Shown: positions 1 through 8,925 of the stretch, piece after piece
How the letters are laid out: the number at the start of each line of letters is the position of its first letter
How positions within the stretch are numbered: position 1 is the first letter of the stretch
Assembly (NCBI GenBank): GCA_965261595.1
Contig: CBDHDG010000006.1
Location: 704,001 to 768,000, forward strand
DNA: 64,000 nucleotides
From: a bacterium
GTDB lineage: Bacteria > UBA8248 > JACPRG01 > G963555815
Direction: 5' to 3'
Translations under genes and position numbers: made by a program
Notes under the pieces: generated by a model
Told to the model about the DNA's origin: nothing
Database searches by the model: none
What the model saw: the letters and a program-made list of their open reading frames with translations, nothing else

Positions 1-2
1 TT

Positions 3-506
3 GGAATCGTAGAAGTCGACGAAACACTTGTAGGTGGCAAGGTGAAGGGCAAAGGCCACGCTTACAAGGGCAACAAGGCGTGGGTTGCAGGAGCCATCCA
101 GCGCGATGGGAAAGTTCGCATTGAGCGCATCCCCAACATCAAGCGTGGCACCCTCCATGATTTCATCAAGCGCAACGTGAAAGACGAGGCAGAAGCCATA
201 TATACCGATGAATTGCGCTCTTATATCGGCATTGCAGATCACGACACGCGCCATGAAACCGTGCGGCATTCCGAAGAAGAATGGGTTGTGGGAGACGTTC
301 ATACGAACAGCATAGAAGGCGTCTGGAGCCTGTTCAAGCGTTCTCTTATGGGCGCGTTTCACAAAATGAGCATCAAGCATATGGACAAATATCTTGAGGA
401 ACTGGAATGGAGATACAACAACCGCAATAACCCCCATATTTTCAGGGATACGCTGGCTAGAATTATGGGAACCAAGCATCTTACTTACCGGGAGTTGGTG
501 GCTTAA
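3..506 (+). CDS. IS1595-family (ISXO2-like DDE) transposase, 5' partial at the window edge
   Basis: Frame is open from position 3: VEVDET...IYTDE...Y...HETVRH...HTNSIEGVWSLFKR...YLEELEWRYNNR, the characteristic IS1595 DDE motifs. Confidence 0.92.
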   Translation, partial: GIVEVDETLVGGKVKGKGHAYKGNKAWVAGAIQRDGKVRIERIPNIKRGTLHDFIKRNVKDEAEAIYTDELRSYIGIADHDTRHETVRHSEEEWVVGDVHTNSIEGVWSLFKRSLMGAFHKMSIKHMDKYLEELEWRYNNRNNPHIFRDTLARIMGTKHLTYRELVA

Positions 507-1459
507 AGAGTTCATCTTGTTTAGATGGTGGAATGACATCTTTAATTTCTACAACATAATAACTTTCCACACCTGTCGGATCATTATTTTCATCGACTTC
601 AACTTCAAGTCTCAAGATCACATCTAGAAAACTTCCCACAGGAAGAGGGATATTCCCTTTTTGGAATTCCTCAAGCCATATGACATCTTCTATTTTTGCT
701 TCTATTTGTCTACTTAAAATGAATGACCACTTTTGAGTCTCCCAGGAGATCAGGTTTTTTGACTTTCAATTTTGTGGGAAAGGTAGTTTTGTGAACACGA
801 GGTTGCACTTCAAGAGAATCTACGTCCATATAGTTTATTTTTTTCCCCTCCTCAGACGTAATTTCCTCGATAATTTGTTCGTCTTGCTCAAATTGCAACT
901 TATCGTACCCCTCCTTTGTAAGGGGATTTACAACATCTTTTGCGTTCTTCAGGACTTCCTCATCACCCATCATAATGAACGTATTATTGTTGACGGTTAT
1001 ATTTGAGTTGTCGCCAGAATTAGTAATTCTGACGGTATCACCGTCTTCCTTAATGTCCATCTCATTGAAAGAAACACTCTGATTTACAATCCATTTATAA
1101 AGACGAAAAAGACCTACTGAAGATGCACCTATAATACCGACCCACTCTGCGATGTCTTTGGCTGTAGCAATTTTTTCGCTGGATAAAAGCAAAGTCAGAT
1201 GCTGGATAATGCTTTGAGTTATTTGAATATCAAATTGAAAGCACTTTTGCTCAGAATCAACATTAACTAGAACTTTGACTGATGACCTATCGCCATTGAA
1301 TTTTCTATTGGCGATCTTCACAATTTCCGACAAGCCCAATAGAGCAGGAGCAAGATCGGCAACATCCATAGAATGCTCAGCTAAGGCAGGGCCATCATAT
1401 CGAACCGTTGTAGACACTTTAGACATTTGACTCAGTGCCTCTTTGTCTTGATTTTCCAT
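481..1459 (-). CDS. Hypothetical passenger protein, frameshifted at about 731-734
   Basis: ORF 710..1459. Removing one base from the T4 run at 731-734 extends the frame (DSKWSFILSRQIEAKIEDVIWLEEFQKG...VGSFLDVILRLEV...) to a stop at 481-483. Confidence 0.65.
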
Positions 1460-1508
1460 GGCACTGAATATTACATCTTGCGCTACTCTTTGTCAAGTAT
1501 ATAATCAC

Positions 1509-1850
1509 GAAAGGAATTGCGGGGTAGCAGCGCCCGTTCCAGATAAAGGCCGGAGTGTATGGGGCGTCGTTTATGAAATCGAAGAGGTAGACCTTTCTGC
1601 CCTGGACAAATGCGAAGGGTATTATCCAGAACGCAAAGAACGCTTGAATGCTTACAACAGAAGGAGCGGTCAGATCTTCGAGAAGGGGGACGAGCAACGA
1701 CCCCTCATAGCCTGGATTTATTTCGCTGTAGAGCAATCAAGTCCACCACCTCCTAGTTCGGAATACGCTACCCTTATCCTGGGTGGGGGAAGGTTCTGGG
1801 GGCTTCCCGAAGACTACATCAATGAGCTTGAGCAGATCGAGGTCATGTGA
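1509..1850 (+). pseudogene. Gamma-glutamylcyclotransferase (AIG2/GGCT-like) 3' fragment interrupted by IS1595
   Basis: GVA...VWGVVYEI...LDKCEG...PSSEY...GLPEDYI motifs are present; the N-terminal YFAYGSN motif is absent; homology begins right after the IS end. Confidence 0.75.
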
Positions 1851-1892
1851 GAAGATGGGTTCAGGTCTTGAGAAGATGGGGTCAGGTCTTGA
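1848..1892. repeat. Tandem 21-bp repeat TGAGAAGATGGG(G/T)TCAGGTCT x2
   Basis: 1848-1868 and 1869-1889 differ at one base. Confidence 0.85.
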
Positions 1893-2085
1893 ATTATCAG
1901 GTCAGGTGTAAGTGGCATCAAACTTCATTTTGTCCTCCGACAACTCCACCAAAACCGATGAAGGTTCCCTGTCGAACCGTAGGCGATGGCCTGCCTCTCC
2001 CAGATTGTCCCTGGATTCCTTCAAACCCCTGAATTCCGCTTGATTTCCACTCTCCCGGACCCCTATTGAACGAAAGACAAGGCGG

Positions 2086-2335
2086 TCCGCAGATTCCGCA
2101 GATTGAACTGGGCAAATATTAAGGGCGCGAGGCGAGATTCCTCGTCGGGGCAAGCCCCTCTGTCGGAATGACAACCAGAGGTGTCCATCATGCATTTTCC
2201 GGAATCTGTGTAATCTGTGGATCAGAAAGATCTTTGAAAAGAAGGCGAGATACCTCGTCGGGAAAGGCCCTTCTGTCTGAATAACAATGAGAAGTGTTTT
2301 TCATCGTTTTTTCGCAATCTGCGTAATCTGCGGAT
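2086..2335. repeat. Cluster of short REP-like repeats (AATCTGYGNAATCTGYGGAT and AGGCGAGATTCCTCGTCGGG...ATGACAA types)
   Basis: First type at 2086-2104 (inverted), 2203-2222 and 2316-2335; second type at 2130-2174 and 2243-2287. Both motifs recur at 42694-42870. Confidence 0.75.
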
Positions 2336-2547
2336 AAATAAGGATGGTCAGGTGGCCATCTTGGCCGCCTTCCGATGACCGACACCGGGCGCAATATAGT
2401 TAAAAGTGAGAAACAAAGCCAAATATCCCTTGCCCTGCAAGGATTTTCTATTTGGCTTTTGGCTTTCGGGGGGGCGCCCTCCGTGCGCCGAAGACCTTGT
2501 AATGAGCGCAACGAGCTTCACCCGCAGCTTGGCCGGCGTGCAAGCGC

Positions 2548-3462
2548 CTATAGGTGCAAATGGCTCTGGGCCTGCTCTACGATGTCGATGCCGACCATGT
2601 CCGACCAGGCGGCGAGGAGGCGGTCGGTGACGGGGCCCGGGATGTCCGAGGGGAAATCAACACCGTTCAGGCCGCGGGCGGGCACGATGGTGGGCGAGGT
2701 GCCCGCGAGGAAGGCCTCCTCCCCGGTGAGAACGTCGTACACCGTGTAATCCCCTTCGTGATACGCAATGCCGAGCTTGTCGGCCAGCTCGAAGATGGTC
2801 TCCCGCGTGACCCCGGCCAGGACGTTCCGCGTCGTCGGGGTGAAAAGCTCCCCGCGATCGACGAAGAAGAAGTTGGACGAGCTGTTTTCGGCGATGAATC
2901 CCTTGTGGTCCAGCATGAGCGAGAAGGCCTCCGGGTCGGCGGCTTGGGCCTCCCGGTCGGCCAGGATGTGGTTCATCTTGTTGGAGACCTTGGCCTTGGG
3001 GTCGAGCGACTCGGGCGGGTTCCGGCGGATCGAGGGCGTCACGAGGCGAATTCCCTCGGTAAAAGACTTGGCGTAGGGCTTGAGGTTGATGTTGATGCAG
3101 TACACCGCCACCGTCGGTCCCGGCCTTGGGTTCGGATCCCGGCCCAGGATGCCGAGGCCCCGGGTCACGTTCATCCAGAGCCCATGGTCCTCTTTCGGCC
3201 CCAGGAGGGGGCGGTTCCGGTCGAGGACCTCCAGGCAGACCTTCTCGAAGGCGTCGGGCGTGATGCCCGGGTCGAGGCGCGTGTACGTCATCGACCGGTA
3301 GAGCCGGTCCACGTGCTCCCGGAGCTTGAAGGGCCGGCCGCCGAACGTGCGGGCCACGTCGTACACCCCGTCGCCGATCCGGAACCCGACGTCGAACAGG
3401 GAGACATGGGCCTCGCTCTCGGGCAGGAACTCGCCGTTCAGATAAACCGTCCGTTCGGTCAT
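2548..3462 (-). CDS. Class IV PLP-dependent aminotransferase (branched-chain/D-amino acid, IlvE-like)
   Basis: YLNGEF...GDGVYD...HVDRL...AKVSN...ENSSSNFF...LAGVTR...EEAFLAGT. Confidence 0.9.
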   Translation of the reverse strand: MTERTVYLNGEFLPESEAHVSLFDVGFRIGDGVYDVARTFGGRPFKLREHVDRLYRSMTYTRLDPGITPDAFEKVCLEVLDRNRPLLGPKEDHGLWMNVTRGLGILGRDPNPRPGPTVAVYCININLKPYAKSFTEGIRLVTPSIRRNPPESLDPKAKVSNKMNHILADREAQAADPEAFSLMLDHKGFIAENSSSNFFFVDRGELFTPTTRNVLAGVTRETIFELADKLGIAYHEGDYTVYDVLTGEEAFLAGTSPTIVPARGLNGVDFPSDIPGPVTDRLLAAWSDMVGIDIVEQAQSHLHL

Positions 3463-5534
3463 CGCTTCCTCCGTCCTCCGTGAACCCCCTCGGCGAGGGT
3501 CCCTTTTTCAGGGAAAAGGTTGTCCAGCCCGCGCACATGAACAAAACCGTCCACGTTGACGCCGATCACCGTCCGGGCGTACGCGTCGAGGAGGATGCGT
3601 CCCGGCGCGGCGGCGCCGTTCAATTCCACCCAGGCGCGAAGGGGGGCCGGATTCGTCCCGAGCAGCTCGACGATCATCCCCGGCCGCAACCCCAGCCGCG
3701 AAGCGACGTTCTTTCCCGCAACGCAGACCCTCCGGCCGTTCACCAGGCCCTCGCCGCCCAAGGCTTCGGCCGGGCCCACCTTGGCGCGCGCCTTCCGGGC
3801 GAGCGTCCGCTTTCTCGCCGCCGTGCGCCGCTTATCGATCTCGCCCCCGGCCGTGAACACCACGCCGTAGGACCACTCCGCCTCTTTCCGGGAGATGTAA
3901 CCCGCCCGGACGTCGGCCTCCACTTCTTCGACGGGGCGGTTCAGGGGGTCGCCGAATCCTCCGCCCCCGCCCGAGAGCATCACCAGCCGGTCCCCCGGGT
4001 TGATCGGGAAATCGTGACATTTGCCGGGGGTCGCCACGGGAATCTCCCGTCCTTTCCGGAGGATTGCGGCGGCCGTCGGCTTCCCCAGGCGTCCTCCGCC
4101 CAGGCCGTAGCTCGGCAGAACGGCCCGGTCCGCCAGGAGCGAGTAAGTCCCCTCGCTCAGGAGGCGGACCTGACGCTTGACGCCGAGGCCGCCCATCCAT
4201 CTTCCGGCGCCGCCGGAATCGGTCCTCAGGACCGAGCATTCCATCTGGACGGGGAACTCGGTCTCCAGGGCCTCGGCCGAGTGGATGCACCGGGTGTCCC
4301 CTTCGTCGAAGGCGGCCATGACGCTCTGTCCGTCCGAGCCCGCGTACCCGCCGCTCCCCCCCTTCGGCCACTCGTAGTAGACAAAGCGCCGCCCGGTCCG
4401 GTGGTTCATTCCGCCGATCATGTTGTGGAAAACAGTCCCGTATTGGTCCGCCGGGACGCGATCCGGTATGGCCTGGGCCAGCGCCCCGAGGACAAGGCCC
4501 GTGGCCCGCTTTTCCACCTCGCAGCACCCGCCGACGGGGGCGGGCCGGCGCGCGTTGAAGATCGTCCCCTCGGGCGCAATCACCTGGATGGGCCGAAAGC
4601 TCCCGTGGTTGACGGGATAGTCCGGGTCGAGGATGGTTTTCAGGGGGATGAAGACCCCGCTCGCCGTCACCGCGAACGAACAGTTGATTGGATGCCCGAC
4701 CTGGGGGGACGTGCCCGTGAAATCGGCGATCACCGAGCGGTCTTTGACCTCCAGGCGGACGCAGCACCGGACCGGGACGAACCGCCCTTCCTCGAAGGTT
4801 TCCAGGTAGTCCTCATAATGGTACTCCCCCGGCGGGATGGTCGCCACCTGTTCCCGGGTCCGTTCCTCGGCCCGGTCCATAGTCCGGCGGATGCATGCCG
4901 CGAGGGTCTCGGCGCCGTAGCGCTCCACCAGCTCGACGACCCCGCGCTCCGCCTGCTTGCAGGCGGACAGGCCGGCCCGGAAGTCTCCCCGCCGATCCTC
5001 GGACAGCCGGCAATTGGCGAACAGGAGATCGAGGGCGGCGTCGTTGGGCCGGCCTTCGTCATAGACCCGGATGGGGGGGATCACCATCCCCTCTTGATAG
5101 ATCTCCCGCGCCGCCCCGGACAGGCTCCCGGGGACCATGCCGCCCACGTCCAGCCAATGGGCGCGGACCGCCGGGAAGAGGAACAGCTCGCCGTCCGCGA
5201 AGACGGGCATCGCCACCATGACGTCGTTCAGGTGCGTCCCGCCGTAAGTGGGGTCGTTGACCAGGAACACGTCGCCGGGCCGGATCTCGTCTCCGAAACG
5301 CTTCACGATCTCCTGGATGGACCAGGACATGGGCAGGACGTGCATGGGGAGGTCTTCGGACTGCGCGATGAGCTGCCCTTTGGGGTCGAAGAGACCGCAG
5401 GAAAAATCGTGCCCCTGGCACACGACGGAAGAGTATGCCGTCCGGATGACGGTGACCCGCATCTCGCGAACGACGCTCAGGAAGGCCTCGACGACGACCT
5501 CCAGCGTAATGGGGTCGATCCGGGGTTCGCTCAT
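3459..5534 (-). CDS. Hydantoinase B / 5-oxoprolinase B family subunit (paralog 1) with a C-terminal extra domain
   Basis: DPITLEV, NDPTYGGTHLND, AHWLDVGG..PGS, DSGGAGR, GGGGFGDP. Confidence 0.92.
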   Translation of the reverse strand: MSEPRIDPITLEVVVEAFLSVVREMRVTVIRTAYSSVVCQGHDFSCGLFDPKGQLIAQSEDLPMHVLPMSWSIQEIVKRFGDEIRPGDVFLVNDPTYGGTHLNDVMVAMPVFADGELFLFPAVRAHWLDVGGMVPGSLSGAAREIYQEGMVIPPIRVYDEGRPNDAALDLLFANCRLSEDRRGDFRAGLSACKQAERGVVELVERYGAETLAACIRRTMDRAEERTREQVATIPPGEYHYEDYLETFEEGRFVPVRCCVRLEVKDRSVIADFTGTSPQVGHPINCSFAVTASGVFIPLKTILDPDYPVNHGSFRPIQVIAPEGTIFNARRPAPVGGCCEVEKRATGLVLGALAQAIPDRVPADQYGTVFHNMIGGMNHRTGRRFVYYEWPKGGSGGYAGSDGQSVMAAFDEGDTRCIHSAEALETEFPVQMECSVLRTDSGGAGRWMGGLGVKRQVRLLSEGTYSLLADRAVLPSYGLGGGRLGKPTAAAILRKGREIPVATPGKCHDFPINPGDRLVMLSGGGGGFGDPLNRPVEEVEADVRAGYISRKEAEWSYGVVFTAGGEIDKRRTAARKRTLARKARAKVGPAEALGGEGLVNGRRVCVAGKNVASRLGLRPGMIVELLGTNPAPLRAWVELNGAAAPGRILLDAYARTVIGVNVDGFVHVRGLDNLFPEKGTLAEGVHGGRRKR

Positions 5535-7573
5535 GGCCGGGTCCTTTCGAGAACCAGATTCCCGACCGCGTCCACCCGCGCCGTCCAGCCGGGGGGCAGG
5601 ACCGTCGTGGACCCTTCCTCGTCCACGATGGCCGGACCCTTGAGCCGCGAGTCCGCCCCGAGATTTTCCCGCCGGAAGACGGAGGCCGGAAGAAAGCCCT
5701 CGCCGAAGTAGACCTCCCGCTTCTTCGCCGACCGGGACGCGCCCCCGCTTTTCGGCGGCGGGAACGCAGGTTTCGGAAGGGAGGCGTAAGCGGAGACCCG
5801 ATAGTTGACGATCTCCGTATTCTCCGCCTCGTCACAATGGCCGTAACGCTCCTGGTGCAGACGATGGAAGTCCTTCTCGATGTCCTCCGGCCTTTTCCAG
5901 CGCGGGTCGAAAGGGACGTCGATCTCATACCACTGGCCCACGTACCTCAGCCCGACCGATCGGCCGATCGATATCTTGCCGGGTTTCCGCCGGCCGCCAT
6001 CGGACAACCGGGCCCGGCCCTCCGCCTCCAGCTCGCGCAGGGTGTCCGTGACGAGCGGAAGCGGCGTCTCGCGCGCCAGCGCCAGCCGCGTCCGGACGAG
6101 GTTCAGGCCGTGGTCGGCGAGGAGGAGGCCGAGGGCGGAGAAGTTCCCGGGAGCGGGCGGCACCAGGATGCGGCCGATGGCCAGCTCCTCGGCGATCAGG
6201 GCGGCGTGCATCGGCCCGGCTCCGCCGTAGGTCAGCAGGGTGAACTCCCTGGGGTCCAGGCCCTTGCCGACCGTGATGGCCTTGATGGCGCCGACCATCC
6301 GGGCGACGGCGATCTTCACAATCCCGTCGGCCAGGCGGATTTCATCGAGTCCGGGAACCCGCCGGTGGACGCGCCGGACGGCTTCCGCGGAGAGGCGGGG
6401 GTCGAGCGCGACCCCGCCGGCCCGGAGGGAATCGGGCGCGAGGCGATGGAGCAGGAGGTTGGCGTCGGTCACGGTGGGCTCGACGCCGCCCCGCCCATAG
6501 CAGGCCGGTCCGGGATCGGCCCCGGCGCTCTTGGGACCGACGGCCAGGACCCCGCCCCGATCGACCCAGGCGATGCTCCCCCCGCCGGCGCCGATGGTTT
6601 CGATCTCCATCTGGAGGGTCTTGTTCGGATGGCCCAGGACCTCGCTCTCCGTCGTCATGGAGGGCGCTCCGTCCCGGACGAGACAGACGTCGGTGCTTGT
6701 CCCGCCCATGTCGCACGTGATGAGCCCGGGCTCGCCCGTGATCCGGGAAAGGTGGGCCGCCGCGGTCACCCCGCCGGCCGGACCCGAGAGCAGGAGATGG
6801 ACGGGAAGGCGGGCCGCCTCCTCCGGGGACATCACGCCTCCGCTGGAAGTCATCACATGGAGGGGGGAGGAGGGGGGGCCGTGGAACCCGCCCTCCTCCA
6901 GCCCGGCCTGAAGGCGTCTCAAGTACTTGGCGATGGGCGGGGCGACGTAGGCGTTGAGGACCGTCGTCGAGAAGCGCTCGTACTCGCGGAACTCGGGCAC
7001 GACCTCGGCCGAGGTGGAAACGAAGACTCCCGGAAGGCGGAACTCGATCAGGGAGCGGGCGCGCTCCTCGTTCTTCGCGTTGGCGTAAGCGTGAAGGAAA
7101 CAGATCGCCACGGCCTCGATCCCCTCGTCGGCAAGTCGCTGAGCGTGGGGCTCGATCTTCGCGGGCGTGACCGCCTTGGCCACGCGGCCGCCGGCCAGCG
7201 TGCGCTCGTCCACCTCCAGGCGGAGGGGTCTCGCGACCAGAGGGGGCGTCTTCCGGTAATCGAGCCGGTAGAGGACCATCCGGTTGGCGAGGCCGAGCTC
7301 CAGGACGTCCCGGAACCCCCGCGTGGTCAACATGGCCGTCCGCGCGCCCTTTCCCTCCAGGAGGGTGTTGGTCGCGATGGTCGTGCCGTTGATGAATCGG
7401 GAGACGGAGGAGAGGAGAACCCCGGCCTTGTCCAGCCCCTCGAGGATGCCGCGCGTCAGGTCTTCATGGACGGTGGGCGTCTTGACGGTCTTGATGGCAT
7501 GGGTCCGCTCGTTGTAGACGACAACGTCCGTGAAGGTCCCGCCGATGTCCACGCCAACGCTTAGCAAGCTCAT
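5531..7573 (-). CDS. Hydantoinase A / 5-oxoprolinase A family subunit (ATP-binding)
   Basis: GVDIGGTFTD, GTTIATN, SGPAGG, DMGGTSTD, GAGGGSIA, GGAGPMHA. Start taken at MSLLSV (7573). Confidence 0.92.
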   Translation of the reverse strand: MSLLSVGVDIGGTFTDVVVYNERTHAIKTVKTPTVHEDLTRGILEGLDKAGVLLSSVSRFINGTTIATNTLLEGKGARTAMLTTRGFRDVLELGLANRMVLYRLDYRKTPPLVARPLRLEVDERTLAGGRVAKAVTPAKIEPHAQRLADEGIEAVAICFLHAYANAKNEERARSLIEFRLPGVFVSTSAEVVPEFREYERFSTTVLNAYVAPPIAKYLRRLQAGLEEGGFHGPPSSPLHVMTSSGGVMSPEEAARLPVHLLLSGPAGGVTAAAHLSRITGEPGLITCDMGGTSTDVCLVRDGAPSMTTESEVLGHPNKTLQMEIETIGAGGGSIAWVDRGGVLAVGPKSAGADPGPACYGRGGVEPTVTDANLLLHRLAPDSLRAGGVALDPRLSAEAVRRVHRRVPGLDEIRLADGIVKIAVARMVGAIKAITVGKGLDPREFTLLTYGGAGPMHAALIAEELAIGRILVPPAPGNFSALGLLLADHGLNLVRTRLALARETPLPLVTDTLRELEAEGRARLSDGGRRKPGKISIGRSVGLRYVGQWYEIDVPFDPRWKRPEDIEKDFHRLHQERYGHCDEAENTEIVNYRVSAYASLPKPAFPPPKSGGASRSAKKREVYFGEGFLPASVFRRENLGADSRLKGPAIVDEEGSTTVLPPGWTARVDAVGNLVLERTRP

Positions 7574-7764
7574 CCCCGAGCCTCCGCGGATTCGACGGGC
7601 CGCACGATGGAGCGCACCGGCCCACTTCCGCCTTTTCAAGGAAACCGCGTCAAGGTCTTGCGTAAGAGCGCCCCGCGGTCAACCCGCGGGGCGCCTCAAT
7701 TCCTTCTTGAAAGCCCGTCGGTCAAAGGCCCGCTTATCCCGTCGGTCTCTCAACCCATCGCCCC

Positions 7765-8799
7765 TCAGGGGCAGAACTTGCAATCGACTTTCTTCCGTTT
7801 GGGAAAGAGCTTGGGAAGGAACTTGTTCGAATAAAGCTCGGACACTTCAGGAATCCGGGGGGTCTTGAAAAACCCGGTCACTACGTCCCGGGTCATCTTC
7901 ATCTTTTCCGCCGAGATTTGACCGAGGCCGTGTTTCTTGGCGTAAGGCGTAAGGATGTGGTCGACGAAGACCTGGAATTCGGCCAGCGCGACTTCATAGG
8001 AAGCCTCCGGGTGGGTTTTGACAAAGCCGCGGACGGCCTTTTCCGGGTGCTCGATGCTCCAGGCGATGGCTTGGTACGAGGCGTTCAAGAAACGGCGAAC
8101 GTAGTCCGGGCGCTTGTTGATCAGGGAATCCATGGCGGAAACGGCGCCCGAATAGATATCGAACCCGTGGTCGCTATACAACAATACGGTCACCTGCTTG
8201 CCTATACTCTGGGCGCCCCGCTTCACGGCGGGGTATACCGTGTGGAATGTCGACATGGCTTTGACTTTTCCGCTCAGAAGGGACGGGATCAAGGCCGCGT
8301 GGTCCATGGTCGCCCAGGAGACCTTGTCATTTGCAATCCCGACCTTTTTGGCAAAGACGGGGAAAATGACGCGGTCCATCGAGTAGCTGGTCCCGCCGAT
8401 GGTCTTCCCTTCGAGATCGTTGGGCCCCCGGATGCCGGTCCCTTTCAGGGAATAAATCACGAAGAGAGACTTATCGTGGAACATGCCGAGGGTTCTCGCG
8501 ATCAGCCCTTTGCTTCGCCGGACGATGAGCTGGTCGGTTTCGGCGATGATGAAATCCGCCTTTCCGCCGGAAAGGAACTTCAGGGTGTCGGCGCCGAAGC
8601 CCCGTTGAATCTTCACGTCCAAGCCGGCCTTTGCATAGAACCCCTGTGAGATGCCGGCGAACAGGCCCGAGTGCTTTCCATAGGGTATCCAGTCGAGCGC
8701 GAATCGAACGGATTCGGCGGCGATGGAAGGAGCAATCGTGTAACCGATCAAGGTCAAGACGAGGATCATCGAAGAGAAAAATCGTGCGATCAATTTCAT
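7765..8799 (-). CDS. NMT1/THI5-like ABC transporter substrate-binding protein
   Basis: Signal peptide, then LDWIPYGKH...GFYAKAGLDV...DLEGKTIG. Confidence 0.85.
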   Translation of the reverse strand: MKLIARFFSSMILVLTLIGYTIAPSIAAESVRFALDWIPYGKHSGLFAGISQGFYAKAGLDVKIQRGFGADTLKFLSGGKADFIIAETDQLIVRRSKGLIARTLGMFHDKSLFVIYSLKGTGIRGPNDLEGKTIGGTSYSMDRVIFPVFAKKVGIANDKVSWATMDHAALIPSLLSGKVKAMSTFHTVYPAVKRGAQSIGKQVTVLLYSDHGFDIYSGAVSAMDSLINKRPDYVRRFLNASYQAIAWSIEHPEKAVRGFVKTHPEASYEVALAEFQVFVDHILTPYAKKHGLGQISAEKMKMTRDVVTGFFKTPRIPEVSELYSNKFLPKLFPKRKKVDCKFCP

Positions 8800-8925
8800 T
8801 CGAGTTCCCTCCAAGGTGGCATGCCGGACGCTCCAGGGGTGAATCCCATGTGGACCCTCACGGCTTGGTGAAAGGTTTATATCTGTCTTGATCGATTGAA
8901 AGTATGCAATGGATTCCCGAATAAA

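Larger units (their letters stand above)
1..1508 (+). mobile_element. IS1595-family element with a passenger gene (right part only)
   Basis: Transposase plus a convergent AT-rich passenger ORF. It ends in TGTCAAGTATATAATCAC (1491-1508), which resembles an IS1595 terminal IR and is followed directly by a 5'-truncated gene. Confidence 0.7.

Noticed and set aside
1458..1508. ATG at 1458 as the true start of the GGCT-like ORF
   Set aside because: The first 17 codons come from the IS end, and the conserved N-terminal motif is missing
1848..1892. 21-bp tandem repeat as a CRISPR array
   Set aside because: Only two adjacent copies, no spacers and no cas genes
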